Assembly: GCA_033442325.1 (NCBI GenBank)
Contig: JAWQFM010000034.1
Location: 1 to 64,000, forward strand
Direction: 5' to 3'
DNA from: Salpingoeca rosetta
Lineage: Eukaryota; Protista; Choanoflagellata
Length of the DNA stretch: 64,000 bases
The translations under genes and the position numbers were made by a program. The notes below the pieces were generated by a model that was not told the DNA's origin, searched no databases, and saw nothing but the letters and a program-made list of their open reading frames with translations. Below, in pieces: positions 39,978-51,000 of this stretch (position 1 is the stretch's first letter; every line of letters starts with the position of its first letter).

Positions 39978-41789
39978 TGAATGCACCAGCACAACGTCCG
40001 AAATACGTGTGCCCACCCACCCCACGTACGTTGAGCTGCTGGTCCAAGCGACGTGAGTAAAGCCGCCAAACACTCGGCCCGTGTCCCTGTTGCGACCAAT
40101 GGTAAGCGTGGGGCCCTTGTTGTCGCAGCGGCTGTGGAAGGTCGCTGAGCTCCAGCCATCGACGGTGCCGGAATAGCAGCGAGCAAAGTAGTGCGACGAC
40201 GGCAGAAGGTCAGAGAGCTGTGCGTTCATGTACGCGTTGAGGATCTTTGAGCCGACGATCAGCGGTGGGCTGCCGCGTGTAGGGTTGTCGTACACGTTTC
40301 GCTCCAGAATCTGGTAGCAGCGCACGTTTGAGTCGCCGTCACTCACGCAGATGTCCCGCCCGTTGAACGCCATCGTGTAGATGTTGTAGGCCACGTTGAA
40401 AAACATGCCATCGTAGGCACCCGTGTCCAGATCGTACCTGTGTCAGTGTGTGAGTGCGTGTATGTGTGTTTGTTTGCATAACATTGTGGCGACGAGAGGT
40501 TTTCGGCCGTTGACGCAAACAACACCACAAACAACAAGCGACAGAAAGCCAGACACTCACACAATCAACAAACACACTGACACGCACATACCCTTCTCCC
40601 CTCTCCTCTATGTGCCCGTCGCCGTGCCTACCTGTAAAACCTGCGCGTGGAGCCGTGTGCGTGGTACAGCTTGCCCTGGACGGCGACGAGGCTGCCATAC
40701 ATAGTGCTGAAGCTGCTGCCACTCGTCGTGTCGAGATCAAACGATCGCTCCAACACGCCATCACGGGCACGCAGCACATATACGGTAGATCCTGACGCCT
40801 TCATTGCGTACACGCTGGCGCCGTGCGTGGTGACGCCGCCAGCCGTCGTGCCCAGGTTGTACGACCACACCAGCTGGTTCTGCGGCCACGTCGCCTTGTA
40901 GATGTAGTTGCTGGCTGCCAGGTAGTAGTGGGGCGAGTCGGGCGATCCCCACACCTGGCGGATGGGGCGAACGCCGTTCACAGACGTAAATGTTGACAGC
41001 CCAAACGAGCGACCCTGCACGTCGTAACGGTAGATGGTGCTGCCACTCCACGACGGGTACCAGTACTGGCGAAGCATCGGCATGTACCCGCCGCCGTACG
41101 ACCGCGTGTTCATGGAGCGCGACTGGAACGTGGACACCGTGTCAAGGACTGCGGGCTCATCATCGCTGTGCCAGATGTTATGCGACAACACCTGTTCATG
41201 TCGAGTGGTGGTGCATGTGTCAGTAATGCTCCAACACACACAAGTGGCTTTTGGATCGTTGTAACAGCCCACCAGTGTCAAGGCAAACACGCACATGCGA
41301 GCAACACGGTATGCACATACGCAACACGCACACAAACACACACAAACACACAAACACACGCAAACACACAAACACACACAAACACACACACGCACATAAA
41401 CACACACAAGCATAAACACACACAAACACATAAACACACACAAACACACACACGCACATAAGAGCATTGATGTACCTGGTAGCAGTTGACGTTGTCGTTG
41501 TTCTGACTGACGCAGAGGTGCTGACCAGTGAATGCCATGCTGTAAATTGTCTCACGTGTCTGGAATCTGCGATGTACACAGGTGCCACGAAAGCAAGAAC
41601 ACGTGTATGAGATACAAGCACCTAATGTCGTGCATCGTATGCATACACAAACCAACACGTTAAACAGCAGTAAGCCCCTGCAAGTATGTGCACGCGGGCA
41701 GCACACACACACACACATACCCAACTAAACATAAACACACGCACATACCCAAGCAAACACACACGCACATACCACGAACACGCCAACCA

Positions 41790-41831
<42 letters not shown>

Positions 41832-44321
41832 TAAAACAGCAACCACAAACACACACCTGAAGCCATCAAAGCTGCCGTCTGCCAGGTTGTGGCGGTAGAA
41901 GTACTGGCCAGTGCCGTAATAGACCTTGTCGTTGGCAACAGCAAACGCGCCGTAGAGACTACCGATGCCGCCACCAGTCAGGTCAAACGTGCGCACGAAC
42001 GCCCCGGTCATCTTGTCGACCACGTGCACAGTTGAGCGGCTGTTCTGGATGCAGTACGCATACTTGCTGTCCGTTGCAACGCCACCAACCGTGGTCGCTG
42101 GCTGCGGGGTGTAAGTCCAAACGACACTCGTGCTCGGGAAGGGCCCAATCTTGCGACAGTATTGGTTGTTCCAGTTGGCGGTGTAGTAGTACAGCGAGTC
42201 TGGTTCGCCCCACAGCTGCATGATGTTGGACGTGCCGCTGACGCTGAACGTGTACAGGTAGGTGCCGTCGCGGTCATGGCGGTAGATGGTGCTGCCGCTC
42301 CACGACGGATAGAAGAACTGCCTGAGCCGCGGCATGTACCCGCCGCCGTGCGACTGCGAGCTCATGGACCTGATGGTGGGTGGAGGCGATGATGGGCATG
42401 GAGGGCGATGTTGGTTGTCGTTGTTGTTGGTGGTGTTGGTGGCGGTGGTGTTGGTGTTGGTGGTGGCGGTGGTGTTGGTGTTGGTGGTGGTGGTGGTAGT
42501 GTTGGTGTTGGTGCGACGGTCATCGTGGTGGCATTTCGATGGTCTGAACAAGCACACACACCCAGACACACTGCTGTAATCATGCACGCACCCATACAAC
42601 TACCCAGACACGCACTCGCAGACCCACTGCTGCACAGCTCCTCATGCCTGAACTGTAACACGACATACACCCTAACGTACAAATGGACGACGGGAGGTGT
42701 TTGGTCCATGTGCTGGTTGATGAGCTCCCCAACGCACGCGCCCGCCACACAGTGATCACGGATGGTGTCCTTGTTGCCATCGTCGCACGTGATGTTGTCG
42801 GGCTTGTTGGTGTACATACACTCGCCAAACTCACAGGTTGGCTCCTCCTGGCAGGGAGATGGCGGCGGGCAGGCCATGTTAGTACAGCCGCGGTCGGCGG
42901 AGGGCACGTGGTAGATCCGGTAGCCCACGATGTCGCCGTTGCTGCCCGGTGTGCTGGCGCTCATGGCGCTCCAGGAGAGGTTGAAGGCAGTGGCAGATGT
43001 GTCGTCCACGCTGAGGCCCGTCGGTGCAACCGTGGGCAGGTGTGGGCGTGTCTTCTCCGTGGTCATAAACGAGCCCGTACTGCGGTCACCGTCCAGGCCA
43101 ATCGTGTACACGCGCACCACGTACTCCGTGTTTGGGGTGAGGCCCGTGATGGACGCCGTGAACTGCTCATCGGGCGAGTCGCCGTCCTGCCACTGCACAG
43201 GAAAGCGAACGGTCACCACTTCGTCCGTGGTGCTGCCCGGCACGGGCGTGGCCACGAGGTCAAAGCCGAGGACGGGCGCATTGCGGAACCAGATGCCCGC
43301 AGGCACAGCCCAGCCAACAATAATTTCGTCAGCATTCGGCGGGTACGTCGACGGGTCCACAACAGGCAGGGAGGTCGTCACGGAGCGCGGCTGGCCGGGC
43401 GGGACTATGCCGGACGCGTCAATGGAGAGCATGGCAAAGGGGCCGAGGCCTTGCGCGTTTTGGGCAGCAATGCCGACGCTGTAGCCTGAGAATGGATAGG
43501 CAAGCTCATCAACCAGGGTGTACGAGAGGGTAGCGGCAGACACGGTTACGTCCGTGGCGTTGAGGGTGACGTTGCCGTATGCCCACGTCCGTGGCTGCGG
43601 GGCGGTGGGGCGGATGCGCACGACGTAGCCCGTGATGGCGCCGTTGGTCGTGGTGGAGTCGGGGGCATCCCAGTACACTGTAAACCCGCCATTGGGCGTT
43701 GGTGTAGTGGTCGGGTTCCTCGGTGGTGCAGTGGGCTGGAAATGGTCCACAAGCAGGTCAGAATGAGAACGAGTGCTGTTGTATTGTAGTTGTAGTTGTA
43801 GTTGTTGCGCTGTGTTGTGTTGTGTTGTGTTGTGTTGTGTTGTGTTGTGCGCTCAACGAGGTGTGCGCGTCACTTCGAGGCATCCACAACACCAGCAAGA
43901 GATGCGCTCATTCGCGCAACACCAAAACACTGCGAACGTGGTCTTGATGTACTGACTTCGTTGGCGCGCCGGTGTCTATGCTCACGCCACCACATGACGG
44001 GCAGTGCCACAACCCACGCACGCAAGGCACGCAGCAAGAGCAAGTAAAAACATGTGTGGAGTGGTGAGCCGTCAGGTATTTATGTGTGGCTTCCTGACAC
44101 ATCACATCATGAACGAAAACACAGACGAAGAAAATGACGGCGAATGATGTGTAAGTAAACAACCTTACAGTGTAAACAAAACAACACAACACAAACAACA
44201 CTGTCACTCACCTGAATGCATCGGCTGCTGCTTGACCAGATGCAGCTGCACAAACGAGCAACAGGGCAACTGCAAGCGAGACTGCTGCGCCAGCCAAAGG
44301 CCGCCGGCAAGGCTTCTTCAT
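27427..44321 (-). CDS. Very large type-I membrane receptor: SP, many FN3, Cys-rich repeats, 3 propeller-like domains, 2 TLDc, TNFR-like repeats, furin-like Cys repeats, TM, Tyr-motif tail (many exons)
   Basis: SP exon 44321-44212 (MKKPCRRPLAGAAVSLAVALLLVCAAASGQA). FN3 motifs such as LTPNTEYVVRV, LHPGRTYAVQVQA and LDPYTTYAFRVAA. TLDc motifs FHSRCDNKGPT...FGGF...FLF...PTFG|GGHDL...EIEVF at ~40260-39150 and ~34040-33150. TNFR repeats ~29360-29660, furin-like ~28290-28830, TM VFVAVGVGVIIAVAMIIIVVVL ~28090-28155. Tail exons end ...DEYLTVTPDTELSPAPRRQGN, TAA at 27427. Not every internal junction was verified, and one N gap lies inside. Confidence 0.8.
34282..34381. other. Assembly gap (N run) next to a (CT)n tract, intronic
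   Basis: Run of N. Confidence 1.
39742..39925. repeat. Imperfect (CAC/CAT)n trinucleotide tract in an intron splitting the first TLDc domain
   Basis: Directly visible; flanking minus-strand exons join as WTSSST|YRTDYLAFLF. Confidence 0.9.
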
Positions 44322-44496
44322 CCTAACTTCTGCGATACCACTGCTGCTGGTCGACTGAGAGGACGACAGACAACACGTTGAGAACCAGCAACAAGTTAGG
44401 CATTGTTAGATTTGCGCAAAGCTCGGGAATGGAGTGTTGACCTTCGCGCACCAGACACAGTGGCCAACAAAGCATCGCCGCACAAGACACAGACAC

Positions 44497-44782
<286 letters not shown>

Positions 44783-45098
44783 CTGGGGCACACGGAGCCC
44801 ACCGTCGTCATCGAAGTAACAAAAGAAACCCGAAAGGAAATGGGGCAAGAGGCAGTATCTCCAAAAGCTGTGAACAAAAGGTGTGCAAAAGAGGAATGAA
44901 ATGACGTCATTGCCGACATTAAATATTTTCCCAAATGATTCGATGCATAAAGTCCTACTCGGATGATGTCACAACTTGCTGCGTAGCCAACCAACACCCC
45001 CAGCAAACACTCCCCACACCCACCAACCCGTCACACTGCACATTCACATAGCAACACACTGCACTGCACCCACCCCAACACACACACACACACACACG

Positions 45099-48000
45099 AT
45101 GGCGGACGACATTGTCGACCGCAGCACGCTGAGCAACGGTGACTTTGTGTCACTGTTTGTGCAGAGTGCGGGTGGTGTGGCGAGCGTGGACTTGCTCTCG
45201 TCAAAGGAGATCTCCGTCTTCCAACCCACCAAACTACAGCAAGAGCACCAGAAAGCAACACAGCAGCAAGGCGACAGCACCAATGCAACCTACTCCTCCT
45301 CCTCCACCGCTGACGCCACCTCTACCAAGGCAGACACGGCACCCACCACCATCCCAAACTTTGAGCAGGCATGCATCTTCCAGATCAAGGCGGTGACGGA
45401 CCTGCCGGAGGGCGCCAGCCTCAAGTACGGCGACGTCGTGCGCATCATCCACCGCAGCACCCAGCGCAGCATCACGCGCCAGACCCGCGCCGTTGGCGGC
45501 GTGTACTCCGTGGCTCTCGATGCCACCAGCGCCGGCGCCAGCCACTTTCGCCTCCTGCCGCGCTTCAAGATCAGGGCCATCGGCGACCCGGTCCTCCTCA
45601 ACGACCAGGTCGTCTTCCAGAACGAGCTCATCCTCGACGGAAACCGCACCTTCCTCACCTCCTCCTCAAGCCTCGACCAGTCCAAGGTCCTCCTCGCCTG
45701 CGGGCCGTCCGAGACATCCGGCATACGCATCCGCCTCTTCGCCCCCTACAACGTCTCTGGGGAGGCCTTCATCCACGTGCTCAAGGGCGGCGACTTTGTG
45801 CGCCTGTACCACCACGAGGCCAACGGGTTCCTCGTCGTTGCGCGGCAGATTGGCGACGGCGACGAGGATGACTTCCTTGGCCACGACAACACCGTCTGTC
45901 TCCGCGCCATCGGGGCAGGCAACCAACCGGGCGACTACCACGACGCAAGCTCCATCTGGCAGGTGGAGCTCGAGGACACCCAGCGCCGCGGCGGCAGGCC
46001 CGTGCTGTGGACCGACCACGTGCGGCTCAAGAACGTCCTCACAGANNNNNNNNNNNNNNNNNNNNNNNNNNNNNNNNNNNNNNNNNNNNNNNNNNNNNNN
46101 NNNNNNNNNNNNNNNNNNNNNNNNNNNNNNNNNNNNNNNNNNNNNNNNNNNNNNNNNNNNNNNNNNNNNNNNNNNNNNNNNNNNNNNNNNNNNNNNNNNN
46201 NNNNNNNNNNNNNNNNNNNNNNNNNNNNNNNNNNNNNNNNNNNNNNNNNNNNNNNNNNNNNNNNNNNNNNNNNNNNNNNNNNNNNNNCCCAGCTGGCAGA
46301 GGAGCGGGTGCTCTCGGACGTATGCAGCCCACGGCACGCGAGCTCTTCAAGCGCGCGCGAAACAGCATCCAGGCGCTCATCCAGTTCTGCTCCGAGGACA
46401 AGATTGAGGACGGGCAGGACGAGGTGGGCCGTACCAACACCCTGCACCAAAACATCCTCTTTGACCTGCAGGTGCACACGCCCCTCATGACCGTGGTCAG
46501 CGTGCCGTTTCCAGGGCGCACACTGCGCGGACTGGGGCAAGGGCTGGCGCACGCGCCTGGCGCAGCCAAAGTGCCGCCGCTTCAACAAGCTGTGCCGCGA
46601 CATCTACCGCCTCATCAGCTACCTGTGCCACGGCAACGTGCACGTGGGCCTGGTCATGGCAGACGCCTACCTCACCGACATGGTCAACCAGTGCCGGCTC
46701 ATCAGCTGCATCGACAACATCCACTGGCACATTGCTGACACCCTGGACAACATTGTGCGCAACAACCACATCCTGCTCAACCGCGTCACGAAGCGGTCCG
46801 TCAACCTCTACATCTCCCTCATCCACGAAGCACACACCATGAGCGACCTCGAGCAGTACCTCGGCCTCCTCGCCTCCCTCTGCTCCGTCGACGGCTCGGC
46901 CATCCCCTCCATCCAGAACATCATCCGTGAGCTCACCCTTGCCCCAGACGCGCCCGCAGCGGACATCCTGCCCGTCACCACCATCGACAGCGATGGAAAC
47001 ATGACCATCTCCACGCGCGTGCCCACGCGAGGCAAGCCCTTCCACCAGTGGCGCGTCGTCACCATGCCGCTGCAGGAGTACCTCAAGGACCAGGACCACC
47101 TCGAGTACTTTGACTCCATGCTCCAGCTCTACGCCCAGCTGTGCCTGGAGGGCAACTGCCAGGACGAGCTGCGTGACGCGCGGCGGGCGCCCTACCCCAT
47201 GATCATGGGTGTGCTGCAGTCCAACCTGCCAGCACACATCAAGGCGCGCTTCTGCACGCTCCTCGTCAACCTGTACATTGACGGCGACGACCTGCCCGAG
47301 GTGGACCACTCCAACCGGCGCTGGAACGACCTGGCCAACCACAAGTCGCACGCCAAGCTCAGGGCCGTTGCAGATCGCCTCTTACGCGTGGACGAGGTGG
47401 TCAACTGGGTGGAGGCCTACCTCTCGCAGAAGGGTCTGCTCTCGTACACGACAGGCTACTACTCCGGTGCAGACAGCAAGCGCCCTGAGATTGCCGAGCT
47501 CAAGCAGGCAGAGGTGCAAGCCAACGTGCTCACGGAACAGGTGCTGCGACTGTGCCTGGCCATGGTGAACAGGGGGCTGTACAACGACGTCGAGGCAAGG
47601 CAGCAGCTGACGCGCAGGCTGGTGGTGCTGCTGATGCGCTCGCACCCGAGTGACACGGACGACCTCACGCCCACCGCGGCCCTTGACGTCGTCGTGCGCG
47701 CAAAGACGGTGCTCTGCCGCATTCTCGATGCGTGCGTTGACGTGCACCTGGACGACATTGTCACCCAACTCCTGCACGCCTACAAGAAGGAGTGCGAGCA
47801 GAACAAGCGCAAGGGGCGCAAGCGTCGCCAGCAACAGCAAGAGCAGCAGCAGCAGCAGCAGCAGGGAGATGAAGGTGGAGCAGACCTGCAACAGCAGCAG
47901 AGCACTCGCTCCCTGCTTGACATTGACATCATCAAGCAGACGGGCGACAACCACCACTTTCTCGAGTACCAGGGCTTCACCCGCAAGCAGGCTACACACC

Positions 48001-51000
48001 TGCTGTTGGCCCTGACCGTGTACCCGAGCGACGGCCTGCGCGTTGCGGCGCTCAACCTCCTCCTCCGCAACTTCAACATCAAGGGGTGCCTGCTGGCGCG
48101 CCTCTCAAATGTGGTGGTCATCTCCGACAGCAGAGACGAGGCCACGCTGGAGCATTTGGAGGAGCTCATGCTCATCCTCAAGCAGCAGGACAACGACGAC
48201 CTGCCCACTGTCGCCAGAAACCTGACCAATGACATCCAGTGGATGTGCGCAGAGTGCGTCACCGTCAACGACAAGCCAGCCTCAGACTTCCTCAACAACC
48301 CCGCAGCAATAACAGCAGCAACAGCAGCAACAACAACAGCAGCAGCAGCAGCAGCAGCAGCACCAGGAGCAACAACAACAACAACAACAGCACGAGCAGC
48401 AGCACCAGGAGCAACACGCGGTGGTGGCCGGCGTGGAGCGCTGCCCTGGAACCAGCCAGATGTGGTGGTGGAGCCACAGCATGGGCGGCAGGAGATGATG
48501 CGTAACGCCAGCGCATACAAGGCCGTGCTGAACCTGGTGCAGCAGCGGCTGTCGGGTGCCACCTTCAAGAAGGCCCTGGAGAGCGAGCGCGTGCAGGAGT
48601 TCTTTGGCTCGTGCTTTGAGTTCCTTGCCTTCTTCTGCTGGGACAACAGAAACAACCAGGAGCTGCTGAGCCACCCGCGCAACATCGCCTTCTTCGTCGA
48701 GGCGTGCACATACGGCATCCACGCCGAGCGCGTGCTGCACCGCATCTTCGATGGGCAGCCCGAGCTGATTGAGGAGCACGTCGTTGGCGAGGGCAACGTC
48801 GACCCGCTGCTCACCTGCTTCATGCAGGAGCCCCGCTGCCGCACCGTGGCCTTTGTGCAGCTGCTGGAGACGCTGGTTGCGCCCGCGGGCACGCCGTCGC
48901 GCGACATGCAGGAGGCCATTGGCGAGAAGCTGCTGGGCGCCGAGGAGGACAAGGCATACCTCTACCCGGCACATACTGCCGGGGTGCACTTTGTTGCGTA
49001 TTTGGTCGCCACGTACACCAAGGCTGGCCAGGACCTGCACGGCTCGATCCCAACGCTCAACACCATTGGCTCTGTGCTCTCTCGCAAGGAAGAGCGGCTG
49101 TGCGCGTACTTTGAGCAGCTGTTGTCGCTGCTGGCCACCCTCGCCCGCGCCAACTCGAAGATTGGCACGCTCGTGTCCAAGCTTGTGCCCCTGCCAGTGC
49201 TGGTACAGCCGTTTGTGAATGGGGCGGCGCTGCCCGTCACGCTCAAGGCCCGCCTGCTCACCCTGATGCGTGACGTGTACCTGACTGAGGAGTCTCTGGA
49301 GGCCGAGCTGGAGCCCAGCGATGGGGCGGGCGCGGAAGGTGCCCATGGCAGTGGTGATGGCGGGAACGACAACGTCGACACGTGGGAGATGCTGTGCATA
49401 CCGCTGGCAACTGAGCTTCAATCGCTCGCCTCCGTGCATTGCAGCATCACCAAGCTGGACAAGTACCTGTTTGAGTCGCTGCTGCCCACCGCACTCAACG
49501 TGTGCCGCGCCCTCTCGCGCCACGTCCTCAACGACCCGTCCATGCAGGCGCTCGCCGGGCCCTGTTCGCGCCTGCTCACCGCCATGCTCGACGCCCTGCG
49601 GCAGCGGCGCAACGTGGTGGAGGCAGACATGTCGCGTGCTGTTGTTCAAGGCCACCGCATGCTTGCCGTGCATGTGCTCGATCAAACACTAGAACTGGCC
49701 GTGCTTGAGGCGGATGCGGACATCCCCGCATGCATTATCACAGAGCAGCGCTTCTTCTCTCAGCCAAACACATACGGTTTGTCCAGCAGCGGGCCAGGGC
49801 AAACGCGCGCTGCGTGGAAGGCAAACGCAGAGACAGCGCGCCTCGACCGTTTCCGTGGGCGCGTGCGTCGTCTGCTGGCCAAGTCAAGCAAGCGGCCCAC
49901 CCTGCCCTGGATGCGGTTCATGCAAGTTGAGCTCAGCTTCGGCGGCATGTGGGGCCTGATTGATGTTGTAAGGTCAGGCCTGCTGGGCGAAATCGAAGAG
50001 GACCAGGAAGAGTTGGAGGCACTGGAAGAAAAGCTGCGCGACGAGCGTGGCGAGATGCCAACACAGGGTCTGTTGGACGCCCTGAGGGCTGAGGAACGGC
50101 AATCGCGCCGGCAACAGGGGCAACGTTTCCAGCCGATCGCTCGCTGCTGGGTTCTTGGACACGCTTGCCCGCCCCACCGTGAAGGACGTGACCGTGGATG
50201 TGCAGCAGTGCCTGTCACGCATTATCGCGTTGGTGGATGACCCAAACNNNNNNNNNNNNNNNNNNNNNNNNNNNNNNNNNNNNNNNNNNNNNNNNNNNNN
50301 NNNNNNNNNNNNNNNNNNNNNNNNNNNNNNNNNNNNNNNNNNNNNNNGGCATGCTGTGCAGCTGCTGACGTCGCCCAGAGACGGCAGCCAGCACGAGGAG
50401 GCACCTCATTGCATCGTGCCTGCTGAGCATGGGCGCAGCAGACATGGTGCTGCACCTGCTTGACTCCGACGACCGCCGCCTGGTGCTGATGGCGTGCCAG
50501 CTCGGCTGGCAGCTGCTCAAGGCAACCCCGCGCGTGTTTGAAGTAAACGACGAGCCCGACGCTGCCGCCGACCGCCAGAGCCCCGGCGGCGTGAGCGGGA
50601 ACCGCAGCCTCTGTGCGCAGGAGGTGTTCTATCGCGCGCTTGAGTCTGGTCCAAAGGCGGCCAGGGGCATGGCAGCGCTGCACCGGCACCTGCAGGGCAT
50701 GGTGACGGATTTGGCGGAGCGCGAGCGTGAGGGCCCGCTGCAGCGGCTGAAGCGAAACCAGGACTCCGAGGACCTGGACATGGCGATTGGCACGCGCGTG
50801 CTCGGCTTCATCGAGGCCATGTGCGACGGCTGCTACCGTGACATGCAGAACCTGCTGCGGTCTGCGGAGGGCCAGGGCACGGCCGTTGTCTCCGAGGTTG
50901 GTCGCCTGGTGCAGGGCATGGACCACATCGTTCGCGCCAAGAGCAGCGCGCCCATTGGAAGCTCGTGCGAGGAGGGCCAGCCAGACGCTGTGCTGCACCT

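Noticed and set aside
39610-40060. PolyM/polyI/polyS ORFs
   Set aside because: Intronic (CAT)n tract.
46490-50430. Frameshifts in the ITPR-like gene as programmed frameshifting or pseudogenisation
   Set aside because: All three lie within ~230 bp of N gaps, consistent with low-quality contig ends. The long ORFs are otherwise stop-free.
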